A DNA stretch of 64,000 nucleotides from Myxococcota bacterium (lineage in GTDB: Bacteria; Myxococcota_A; Polyangia; Polyangiales; Sandaracinaceae): the NCBI GenBank assembly GCA_036149055.1, contig JAYZQJ010000262.1, positions 1 through 64,000 of the forward strand, read 5' to 3'. Position numbers and translations under genes: made by a program. Shown one piece after another: positions 29,367-37,860 of this stretch. Position 1 is the stretch's first letter. Each line of letters begins with the position of its first letter. The notes beneath the pieces are model-generated. The model saw nothing but the letters and a program-made list of their open reading frames with translations, was not told the DNA's origin and did no database searches.

Positions 29367-29424
29367 GAGACGGCGGCTCTGCCTTGGCGTTCCCCCCCGC
29401 GCCTGCGAGCCGCCGTTCTTGTTT
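29367..29424 (+). ncRNA. Candidate small RNA: single hairpin with UCCCCCCC loop and U-rich tail (Pxr-like)
   Basis: Perfect 10-bp stem 29370-29379/29407-29416; inner stem 29386-89/29400-03; loop T-C7; TTCTTGTTT tail; begins at the expected +1 of the sigma54 promoter. Confidence 0.5.
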
Positions 29425-29432
29425 AACCCGCG

Positions 29433-31082
29433 TCACCGGCGCGAGGAGCCGGGCGGCGGCTTCAGGCCGTACTTCTCCATCTTGTAGATGAGCGCGCGGC
29501 GCGAGATCCCGAGGCGGCGGGCGGCGTGGGTCTGGTTGTGGTTCGCGTCGGCGAGCGCCTTGACGATCGCGTCGCGCTCGATCGAGTCGACGTGCTCGCG
29601 GAGCCGCCCCTCCCCCGACTGGACCGGCAGGTTGTCGCTCGGGAGGTGCTCGGCCATGATCTCGCCGTCGCCCGACAGCCGCACGGCGCGCTCCATCGCG
29701 TTGCGGAGCTCCAGCACGTTGCCCGGCCACGGGTGGGAGCGGAGCCGCGCGAGCGCGCCCGGGCTCAGCCGCACCTCGGAGGCGCCCGCCTGCTTCGCGA
29801 AGAGCTCGGCGAGGGGCACGATGTCGTCGGGGCGCTCGCGGAGCGCCGGGATCTCCACCGTCTCGCCCTTCAGCGCCTCCACCAGCGCCTCGGAGAAGGC
29901 GCCGCGCTCGGCCAGCGCGACGAGGTCGAGGTGGGTGGTCGCCACGATCCGGACGTCGCCCTCGAGCGTGTCGAGCACGTCGAGCAGGCGCTCCTGCGGA
30001 TCGGGGGGGAGCTCGCTGACCTCGTCGAGCAGGAGCGTCCCGCCGCGCGCCTCGTAGAGCCGACAGGTCTCGCCCGCGGGGACGCCGCCGCGCGGCCCGA
30101 GCCACTCGTCGATGCGCGACTGATCCACCAGGCCGGCGCAGCGCAGCACGACGAGCGGGCCGTCGGCGCGCGGGCTCTCGTCGTGGAGGATGCGGGCGAA
30201 GACGCCCTTGCCGCTGCTGGCCTCGCCGGTGAGCAGGACCGGGGCGTCCGAGCCCGCGAGCGCGCCCAGACGCTCCACCACCGCCTGGCTCGCCTCGTCG
30301 ATCGCGCACGGCTTCGCGGTGGCGATCCCGTCGCCGCGCGTCGGCGGGCCGGCGATCATCGCGCCCTTCTCTTCCCGGGCCCGCGCGAGCGCGAGGCGGG
30401 CGCTCCGGATGAGCCGCTCGGCGGTGTCCGCGTCGTGCGGCGCCACCGCGAGGCCCGCCCACACCCCGGCCAGCCCGGCGGCCGACAGCACGCGGGTGAC
30501 GACCGCGCGGGTCTGGTCGCCCGAGGTGTCGGGGAAGAGGAGCTCCAGCTCGTCGTGCGCGTAGGTCGCGACCACGTCACCGGCGCGGAACGAGGCGAGC
30601 GCGGTCTCGAGCACCTTGCCTCCGTCGCCGCTCTTGGCCTGCACCATCACCAGCGAGGTGGGCCGGCCGCGCCGGGCCGCGCGGGCGAGCTCCTCGCCGA
30701 GCCGCTCCCGGAACTCGTGGTGGGTGAGGGCGCGCCGGCCGCTCGCGTCGCGGTGGCTGGCCACGCCGACGACCATGCGCGCGTCGCCCACGCTCAGCTC
30801 GTCGCCGGGCTTGAGGATCGCGCGCGCCTGGAGGCGCTTGCCGTTGACGTAGATCGGGGGGCTCTTCGCCGTGCGCTCCAGGCTCAGGTTCTCCCCGTCC
30901 CAGCGCACCAGCCCCTGCGCACGCGCGAAACCCTCGATGCGCACGACCGAGTCGTCGGCCGGCCCCACGAACGGCGCCTCGCCCTGCGGCAGGTCGACGA
31001 CCCACGATCGTTCGTCGTGCCGCACGGCGACGAAGGCTTGATTCGAGCTCGCGCCGTTCTCCGGCTCCGGTTGAGAACCCAT
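29433..31082 (-). CDS. FHA-like + degenerate GGDEF + sigma54-activator-like AAA + Fis-HTH regulator
   Basis: IYVNGKRL..LKPGDEL (FHA-like); EELARAARR...YAHDEL (dead GGDEF); GEASSGKG, LLDEV, WPGNVLEL; NQTHAARRLGISRRAL; no GAFTGA. Confidence 0.88.
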   Translation of the reverse strand: MGSQPEPENGASSNQAFVAVRHDERSWVVDLPQGEAPFVGPADDSVVRIEGFARAQGLVRWDGENLSLERTAKSPPIYVNGKRLQARAILKPGDELSVGDARMVVGVASHRDASGRRALTHHEFRERLGEELARAARRGRPTSLVMVQAKSGDGGKVLETALASFRAGDVVATYAHDELELLFPDTSGDQTRAVVTRVLSAAGLAGVWAGLAVAPHDADTAERLIRSARLALARAREEKGAMIAGPPTRGDGIATAKPCAIDEASQAVVERLGALAGSDAPVLLTGEASSGKGVFARILHDESPRADGPLVVLRCAGLVDQSRIDEWLGPRGGVPAGETCRLYEARGGTLLLDEVSELPPDPQERLLDVLDTLEGDVRIVATTHLDLVALAERGAFSEALVEALKGETVEIPALRERPDDIVPLAELFAKQAGASEVRLSPGALARLRSHPWPGNVLELRNAMERAVRLSGDGEIMAEHLPSDNLPVQSGEGRLREHVDSIERDAIVKALADANHNQTHAARRLGISRRALIYKMEKYGLKPPPGSSRR

Positions 31083-31187
31083 GGTCGGCCAGTATGCAAC
31101 AGCGCGTCGCGCGCCGGGAAGCGGCACGGCCCCCCGCGCACGGAGAAACGTCACGGCCCCCACCCTCGCGTGTTATGCTCCCTGGCG

Positions 31188-31901
31188 ATGGCGATCGCCC
31201 CGCGAACGGCGGACGAGCTTCTGCGCGACGTGCCGATCATCCAGGATCTGCCGCCGCAGGACATTCACGCGCTGGCCGAAGGCTCCGAGATCAGGAAGGC
31301 CGCCAAGGGCGCCCCCCTGTTCAGCGAAGGACACCCCGCGGAGGGGTTCTTCGTGGTGCGCACCGGCGAGGTGAAGCTCACCAAGAGCGGTCGCGACGGC
31401 CGCGAGCAGATCATCTACCTGGCGCGCCCGGGCCGGCCGATCATCGAGGGGATCCGCTTCGACGGGGGCAACTACCCCGCGACCGCGGTGGCGATGCGCG
31501 CCGCGAGCGCGGTCCTGCTCTCGAACGAGCTCCTCTCGTCCCTCGGCGAGCGCCGCCCGGGCATCTACCGCGCGATGATCAACCTGATGGCGAAGCGCGA
31601 GTCCAAGACGCTCAAGCTCGTCAGCGATCTGTCCCTGCGGACGGTGCCCTCGCGCCTCGCCTCCTTCCTCTGCTCGCTGGTCGCGGCCCGCGAGAGCCGC
31701 AACGAGGACGCCCGCAACCTGGTGCGCGATCTGACCACCGAGACGGTCGCCGGCCGCCTCGGCACCGTGCGCGAGGAGATCTCCCGCGGCCTCGCCTACC
31801 TCGAGCGCGAGGGCGCGCTGAAGGTCACCCCCGATCTGATCGAGGTCGTCGACATCCAGCGCCTCGAGCAGATCGCCTACGGCCGGAAGAAGGGCAGCTG
31901 A
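31188..31901 (+). CDS. Crp/Fnr family transcriptional regulator
   Basis: LFSEG..FFVV..GEVKL..GREQI cNMP domain; RLASFL; LTTETVAGRLGTVREEISR HTH. Confidence 0.93.
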   Translation: MAIAPRTADELLRDVPIIQDLPPQDIHALAEGSEIRKAAKGAPLFSEGHPAEGFFVVRTGEVKLTKSGRDGREQIIYLARPGRPIIEGIRFDGGNYPATAVAMRAASAVLLSNELLSSLGERRPGIYRAMINLMAKRESKTLKLVSDLSLRTVPSRLASFLCSLVAARESRNEDARNLVRDLTTETVAGRLGTVREEISRGLAYLEREGALKVTPDLIEVVDIQRLEQIAYGRKKGS

Positions 31902-32695
31902 CCGGGGCCCGGCTCCGCTGGGCGGCCGCGCTGACCCTCCCCGCGGTCGCGCTGGCCGCGGTCGCCGCGATCGCCCCGCTGTTCCCCGCGCCGTCGGGCC
32001 TCTGGGGCGCGGCCGTCGGCGTGCTCGCCTTCGCCTGCGTCTCCGCCGAGGTCCTCACCGCGAGCGCGCTCACCCCCCGCCTCCCGCCGCGCGCCCTCCT
32101 GCTCGCCGGCGCCGCGATGGGCGCGCTGGCCCTGCTCGCCGTCGTCGCCGCCACCCTCCCGCCGACCCTCACCGCCGCCCTGGTCACGGTCACCCTGCTC
32201 ACCCTCGGCACCAGCGCCGGCGGCGTGGTCGGCAACGCGATCGAGAAGCCCGGCCACCTCCTCGTCGTCGCCGCCGTCTCGGCCGCCGTCGACGCCCTGA
32301 GCGTGCTCCACCCGCGCGGCCCCACCGCCCAGATCATCCAGAGCGACGCCGCGGTCGGCGTCCTCATCCTCCCCTGGCCCATCCTCGGCACGACCCACAT
32401 CGACCCCGTCCTCGGCGTCGGCGACGTCGCCTTCGCCGCGATCTATCTGGTCGCCGCGAGACGCCACGGCCTCTCCATCAGGCGCAGCGTCCTCGCCCTC
32501 TCCCTCGCCCTCGCCGCCACCCTCGTCGCCGTCCTCGTCACCGCCCGAGGCATCCCCGCCCTCCCCTTCTTCGGCGCCGCCATGGTCCTCGCCCACCCCG
32601 AAGCGAGGCGCCTCGACCCGCCCGACCGCAAACGCGCCCTCATCGGCCTCGCCGCCCTGGCCGCGGTGGTAGCCGCGCTCCTCCTCCTCAACTGA
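31898..32695 (+). CDS. Presenilin/signal-peptide-peptidase-like (GxGD) intramembrane aspartic protease candidate
   Basis: About 8-9 TM helices; VDALSV, LGVGD and IPALP motifs in canonical order; start uncertain (CTG overlapping the upstream TGA assumed). Confidence 0.65.
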   Translation: MTGARLRWAAALTLPAVALAAVAAIAPLFPAPSGLWGAAVGVLAFACVSAEVLTASALTPRLPPRALLLAGAAMGALALLAVVAATLPPTLTAALVTVTLLTLGTSAGGVVGNAIEKPGHLLVVAAVSAAVDALSVLHPRGPTAQIIQSDAAVGVLILPWPILGTTHIDPVLGVGDVAFAAIYLVAARRHGLSIRRSVLALSLALAATLVAVLVTARGIPALPFFGAAMVLAHPEARRLDPPDRKRALIGLAALAAVVAALLLLN

Positions 32696-33006
32696 CGCTG
32701 CCCGCCTCCGCCAGCCGTCACTCGAACGCGACGAGCGAAGCGAAGTCGCCGCACGCTCCGTCTCCCGTCTTCGATCCCGCGGCAGCGGGCGGCCAGCTCG
32801 CGCGCAGCGCGAGCGCGAGCCGCAGGGGACCCCGCGCCCCGCGCTGGGGTCGCGCGCGAGCGGAGCGACGCGCGCGGAGTGGGTTGGGGGGGCCCCGCGG
32901 AGCCGGCTGACCCGTCACTGCGGAGGGTGCGGAGCACCCGCAGCGGGGACGGGTCTGACGGCGCAGTGGGGGGGAGGGGTCGGACCCGACCCCGCCCAGC
33001 AATAAC
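32696..33006. repeat. REP-like composite palindromic element, copy C (longest)
   Basis: Series of GC hairpins (gcgaagc, gcgcagc, gcggagc cores); blocks shared with 1-132 and 18195-18312. Confidence 0.7.
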
Positions 33007-33561
33007 TCAGCACCCGCCCCCGCAGAGCTGATCCACGTTGGGGCAGGACGGGGTCATGCCCATGTAGCGCTCGTTGTACCCGGACGTGGGCACGATCAGG
33101 ATGTCGGCCTGGGCGCCGATGCTTCGGTCGTCGTAGCAGCCGAGCCCGATGACCGCGCGGTCGGCGTCGCGGATCACCACCAGGTAGGCGGCGCGGCCGG
33201 TCTCGGTCTCGAGCGGCTCCCGGAAGGGATCCCAGGGACGGGACGTGGCCGCGTGGCTCACCCCGGGGTCGTGGTCGAGGTCGAAGAGGGTCGCGCGGCG
33301 GATGTCGCAGATCGGCATCTCGCCGGTCGACGCCAGCGGCGGCCCGACCAGCTCCTCCAGGGTGCCGCGGCGGAAGCGCATCTCGACGCCCTCGCACGCG
33401 TTCATCTCGGGCAGGTTCACGCCCTCGTAGGCGATGACCTCCGCGGTCTCCGCGAACAGGAAGACGCCCTCGTCGCCCGCGGCGAGCGCGAGGTTGGCGG
33501 AGGGCGGCCCGCAGCCGATGGCGGCGAGCGCGAGGAGGGTGAGGGGGAGGGCGCAGCGCAT
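33007..33561 (-). CDS. Hypothetical lipoprotein
   Basis: LALAAIGC lipobox; Cys-containing C-terminus. Confidence 0.72.
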   Translation of the reverse strand: MRCALPLTLLALAAIGCGPPSANLALAAGDEGVFLFAETAEVIAYEGVNLPEMNACEGVEMRFRRGTLEELVGPPLASTGEMPICDIRRATLFDLDHDPGVSHAATSRPWDPFREPLETETGRAAYLVVIRDADRAVIGLGCYDDRSIGAQADILIVPTSGYNERYMGMTPSCPNVDQLCGGGC

Positions 33562-33618
33562 GAGCGGGAAGCTACTCCGCCGGACGGCCCGTGGCCATGC
33601 GGGGACACGTGCGCTGCG

Positions 33619-36072
33619 TCAGAGCGCCTGGATCAGGACCTCGCGGCGACCGCCGGCCTTGCTGCTCGCCGGGCCGACGACGCCCTCCTCTTCCATGCGG
33701 TCGACCAGCTTGGCCGCCTTGTTGTAGCCGACGCTGAGCTGCCGCTGGATGTGGCTGATCGAGCAGTAGCCGGCCTGGGCGACGCAGGCGACCGCCTTGT
33801 CGTAGAGCGGGTCGTCGCTCTGGGGCATGTTCGAGCCGCCGTCGTCGTCGCGGGGCTCGAGGATCTTCTCGTCGTAGACCGGCTTGCCCTGCTCACGCAG
33901 ATGATCGCACACCGCCTTGACCTCGTCCTCGCCGACGTAGGCGCTGTGCACGCGCTGGAGATCGCTCTGCCCCGGCGGGAGCATCAGCATGTCGCCCATG
34001 CCGAGGAGGTGCTCGGCGCCGTTGCGCCCGAGGATCGTCGCCGAGTCCTGGCGCTGGCTCACCTTGAAGGCGATGCGGGCCGGGAAGTTCGCCTTGATCA
34101 TGCCGGTGATGACGTCGACCGACGGACGCTGGGTCGCGAGGATGACGTGGATGCCGGCGGCGCGGGCCTTCTGGGCGAGGCGGGCGATCGCGGCCTCGAC
34201 GTCCTTCGCGGCGACCATCATCAGGTCGGCGAACTCGTCGACCACCACGACCACGTAGGGCAGCCGCTCGGGGTCCGGCATCGGGTCCGGGCTCTCGCCG
34301 TTGGCCGGGTCGAGCAGGACCTCCTCCCCGTTCAAGCCCTGCGCGGCGACCTTGCCCTTGCGGCTCTTGAAGAGCTTCTCGGCCGGCATCTCGCCGGCGC
34401 GGACCTTGTCGACGCGCTGGTTGTAGGTGGTGATGTTGCGGGCGCCCGCGTCGGCGAAGAGCTGGTAGCGCCGCTCCATCTCGTCGACCGCCCAGCGCAG
34501 GGCGAGCGACGCCTTGTTCATGTCGGTGACGACCGGCAGCAGCATGTGCGGGATGCCGTCGAAGACCGCGAGCTCGACCACCTTCGGGTCGATCATGAGC
34601 ATGCGGACCTCCTCGGGGCTGCGGCGCGCGAGGAGCGAGCAGAGCATCACGTTGAGGCCGACGCTCTTGCCGCTGCCGGTGGCGCCGGCGACCAGGAGGT
34701 GCGGCATCTTCGCGAGGTCGCCGTAGACCGGCTGGCCCGCGATGTCCTTGCCGAAGGCGACCGGGAGCGCCGCCTTCATCTTGTCCCAGCGATCGTCCTC
34801 GAGGAGCTCGCGCAGGAACACGGTCTGCCGATCCTTGTTCGGCAGCTCGAAGCCGACCCGCGCCTTGCCCGGGATCGGCGCGACGATGCGCACCTTCTTG
34901 GCGGCGAGCGCCATCGCGAGGTCGTCCGAGAGGCCGGCGATCTTCGAGATCTTCGTGCCGCTCTCCGGCTCGAACTCGTACATCGTCACCACCGGGCCGG
35001 GGTGGATCTCGTCGACCCGCCCCTTCACCCGGTAGGCCTCGAGGGTCTCGGTGAGCTGCTGGGCGTTCTCCCGCAGCGTCGCCTCGTCGATCTGGATCGC
35101 CTGCGGCGGCGGCGCGTCGAGCAGGGTGGTGGGCGGCAGCTCGAACTCACCGTCGAGCTTGGGCTCCGGCATCTTGACCGTGCGCGGCTTGGCCGCGGTC
35201 TCGGTCGGCGCGACGATCGTCGGCCCGGTCTTGCCCTTCTTCTTGGCCGCCGGCGCCTTCTTCTTGGGGAGCGGGGGCGGCTCGGCCTCCTCCTCCTCCT
35301 CCTGGACGTCGTCGTCCTCGGGCTCGACGCTGATCGCCTCGTCGGACTCGGAGAAGACCACCGCCTCCTCTTCCTCCTCCTCGATCGGCTCGTCGTCGTC
35401 GCCGTCGAGGGTGTCGCTGACGATCTTCGGCTGCGCGGCGCGCTCCGCCTCCTCGCGCTCCAGGCGCTCGATCTCGCGGGCCTCGCGCCACGCGTCGAGC
35501 GCGGCCTGGCCCCAGTCGCGGCCACGCTTCAGCCCCTCGAGGGAGGCGTCGGCCATCTTGCGCGCGCTCTGGATCACGGAGAACGGGGTCCGCAGGACGA
35601 CGGTGATCAGCAGCACCGAGATGCCGATGACGAACGAGCCCGCCAGCCCGAGGAGCGAGCGGAGGACCTCACCGAGGACCTCGCCGAGCACGCCGCCGGG
35701 CATGTGACCGCCGAACACCTCCTCGCCGGGGAGCGCGAGGTGCACCATCGCGCAGCCGACGAGCACGATGACCATGGTGGAGGCCACGCGGCCGACGCCG
35801 AGGGGCGTGTTGCTGCGGGCGAAGAGCCGGAGGGTGCCGAGGCCGAGCTCGAGCGGGACGAGCCACGCCGCGACGCCGAAGGCGGTGGCGAGCACGCCCG
35901 CCAACCCGGCGCCGACCGGCCCGATCCAGTTGCGACCGCCGTGCGCGTCGTACGACCACAGCGACAGCGTCACCAGGATGGTGGCCGCGGCGCACAGGAT
36001 CCCCAGCACCTCGTGGCGCCGCCCGAGCTCGGACGGGGCTTCACCGGCAGATGTGGTATGGGGTGCTCCCAA
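33619..36072 (-). CDS. ftsK: DNA translocase FtsK
   Basis: N-terminal 4TM (NWIGPVGA); GPVVTMYE, PHLLVAGATGSGKS, IDPK, VDEFADLMM, LATQRPSVDV; gamma domain SISHIQRQLSVGYNKAA. Confidence 0.98.
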   Translation of the reverse strand: MGAPHTTSAGEAPSELGRRHEVLGILCAAATILVTLSLWSYDAHGGRNWIGPVGAGLAGVLATAFGVAAWLVPLELGLGTLRLFARSNTPLGVGRVASTMVIVLVGCAMVHLALPGEEVFGGHMPGGVLGEVLGEVLRSLLGLAGSFVIGISVLLITVVLRTPFSVIQSARKMADASLEGLKRGRDWGQAALDAWREAREIERLEREEAERAAQPKIVSDTLDGDDDEPIEEEEEEAVVFSESDEAISVEPEDDDVQEEEEEAEPPPLPKKKAPAAKKKGKTGPTIVAPTETAAKPRTVKMPEPKLDGEFELPPTTLLDAPPPQAIQIDEATLRENAQQLTETLEAYRVKGRVDEIHPGPVVTMYEFEPESGTKISKIAGLSDDLAMALAAKKVRIVAPIPGKARVGFELPNKDRQTVFLRELLEDDRWDKMKAALPVAFGKDIAGQPVYGDLAKMPHLLVAGATGSGKSVGLNVMLCSLLARRSPEEVRMLMIDPKVVELAVFDGIPHMLLPVVTDMNKASLALRWAVDEMERRYQLFADAGARNITTYNQRVDKVRAGEMPAEKLFKSRKGKVAAQGLNGEEVLLDPANGESPDPMPDPERLPYVVVVVDEFADLMMVAAKDVEAAIARLAQKARAAGIHVILATQRPSVDVITGMIKANFPARIAFKVSQRQDSATILGRNGAEHLLGMGDMLMLPPGQSDLQRVHSAYVGEDEVKAVCDHLREQGKPVYDEKILEPRDDDGGSNMPQSDDPLYDKAVACVAQAGYCSISHIQRQLSVGYNKAAKLVDRMEEEGVVGPASSKAGGRREVLIQAL

Positions 36073-36194
36073 GTAGACTACCTCCCTACACGGGAGGGTC
36101 GCGGATCCAGGGGCAGCTCGTCAAGTTTCACACGAGCCGGCGGCCCCACAAAAAAACCGTGGAGGCTCTTGGGGTTGGCCGTCTCGGAGGGATC

Positions 36195-36222
36195 TTGATT
36201 GAGAGACGGATTCCTCTACTAT
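36195..36222 (+). promoter_or_regulatory. Putative sigma70 promoter
   Basis: TTGATT-16 nt-TACTAT about 70 nt upstream of ATG 36295. Confidence 0.45.
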
Positions 36223-36294
36223 CGGGAGCCACTTCGACGGGAGGGTGCGCCCGAGGTGCGCGCTCCGGTCGACCCTGCTCTCCCTAGAGGAAGA

Positions 36295-37839
36295 ATGCGA
36301 CGACCGCTCGGATTCGTGCTGACCGCCCTCCTGTGTCTCGGCCTCGGTGGCTGCAAGGTCACCTCGGAGGACATCGACTACTGGACGGGCACCATGAAGG
36401 GGCCCGGCAAGATCGTCGCGGTCCTCATGGCCGACAAGTACGAGGACGACCTCCGCGTCTACGCCGGGACCGCGCTGGTCCGCATGGAGCCCCGCGAAGA
36501 CGTCGACGGCGTCTCCGAGCTCCAGGCCGCCGTGCGGCAGCTCCCCGAGGAGTCCCGCACCCGGCTCGTCGACCAGATGGCGCCTCAGCTCATCGAGATC
36601 ATGCGCGGCGCGGACACCCCGCAGGCCGGCGGCGAGGAGGGCGGCGTGCCCCCCCTGCAGGTCCGGGCCAAGGACGCCGCGTTCCTGCTGATCCCCTACG
36701 CCTCGGGCGAGCAGCGCGGCGCGCTGACCGACGCGGTGGTGGACTGGTTCGTGGTCGACTTCAACGGCCGCAACCTCGCCGGCAACTACAGCGCCGAGCA
36801 GGTGGTGCGGCAGCTCGGCGCCCCGGCGGCGTCGCGGCTGGTGAACGCGCTCAACGCGCGGCTCCCGCAGCAGGCCCTCGTGAAGCTCGCCGAGCTCATC
36901 GCCGGCCTCGGCAACGACGCGACCAAGCAGCGCGCGGCCGAGCGCATGGTCGAGATCGAGCGCGAGATGGAGGGCGAGGAGTTCGGCAACTGGCTCAAGG
37001 AGCGCCTCCGCGAGCAGCTCCGCGAGCGTCAGCCCGACACCGAGATCGACGAGAACCGCATCACCGCGGCCGCGTCGCTCAACCGCGAGAACTTCATCAC
37101 GCTCGGCGCGCTGCCGGCGATGAAGCACCTCAACTCCGAGACCGTGGTGCAGGACCGGCTGCTCGAGATCGCCCAGCTCACCAGCGCCGAGGGCGTGACC
37201 GGCGAGCAGATCGAGGCGCGCCGGGTCAAGGCGCTCCAGGCGATGGAGGGCGGCGTCCGCCGCGAGCAGGTCTCGGCGCTGCTCGACCTCGCGCTGAACG
37301 GCGAGCAGCCGATGGGCGTGCGCGACTACGCGTTCGACCGCATCGCCGACGCGCGCGACGCCAGCGCGATCACCCGCCTCTGGCCGGTGTTCACCGACAC
37401 CGAGGACTGGCGCGTCCGCTGGCGCGTCGGCTCGCTCATCCTGACCCTCGGCGGCGCCGACGTGGTCCAGGAGTTCTTCACTCGCCTGAACGACGAGTCC
37501 TACGCCCGCGAGGAGCTCTACGGCTACGGCGAGCGCCTCAGCCAGATGCGCCCCCCGCCCACCGAGTTCATCAACGGCCAGCTCCGATCGAGCGACTGGT
37601 TCGACCGCATCATCGCCCTGTACTTCTGGGAGAAGCGGGCCGAGGCCGGAGACATCCCGCGGGTCGAGGCGCTCGCGAGCGACGCCGCCGAGACCGAGGG
37701 TGAGCACTGGGAAGAGCAGGACACGGTCGGCAAGGTCGCCACGGCGGTCGCGGGGGCCATCCGCGAGCGCCTCGGGATCGAGACCGAAGACGACGACTCC
37801 GAGGAATCCGAGGAGTCCAACGGCGGCGATTCGGAGTAG
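36295..37839 (+). CDS. All-helical (HEAT-repeat-like) lipoprotein
   Basis: GAGG RBS; LCLGLGGC lipobox; VRDYAFDRIA / WRVRW HEAT-like motifs; acidic tail. Confidence 0.8.
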   Translation: MRRPLGFVLTALLCLGLGGCKVTSEDIDYWTGTMKGPGKIVAVLMADKYEDDLRVYAGTALVRMEPREDVDGVSELQAAVRQLPEESRTRLVDQMAPQLIEIMRGADTPQAGGEEGGVPPLQVRAKDAAFLLIPYASGEQRGALTDAVVDWFVVDFNGRNLAGNYSAEQVVRQLGAPAASRLVNALNARLPQQALVKLAELIAGLGNDATKQRAAERMVEIEREMEGEEFGNWLKERLREQLRERQPDTEIDENRITAAASLNRENFITLGALPAMKHLNSETVVQDRLLEIAQLTSAEGVTGEQIEARRVKALQAMEGGVRREQVSALLDLALNGEQPMGVRDYAFDRIADARDASAITRLWPVFTDTEDWRVRWRVGSLILTLGGADVVQEFFTRLNDESYAREELYGYGERLSQMRPPPTEFINGQLRSSDWFDRIIALYFWEKRAEAGDIPRVEALASDAAETEGEHWEEQDTVGKVATAVAGAIRERLGIETEDDDSEESEESNGGDSE

Positions 37840-37860
37840 AATCGAGGCGCCTGGACCGAG

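Noticed and set aside
29265..29432. tRNA, SRP or 6S RNA
   Set aside because: No T-loop/anticodon cloverleaf, no SRP core and no long central-bubble duplex recognisable
32160..32690. C-rich strand skew, giving GA-rich reverse ORFs such as 31877..32596
   Set aside because: Explained by CTC/GCC/GTC codons of a hydrophobic membrane protein
33253..36198. 981-aa plus-strand ORF, and similar long ORFs at 42196, 46361, 50610 and 53873
   Set aside because: Antisense shadows of ftsK, the kinases and the transglutaminase genes; expected at this GC content
36073..36294. Hairpins and A7 tract upstream of ftsK as an ncRNA
   Set aside because: Short stems only; adequately explained as a divergent promoter region
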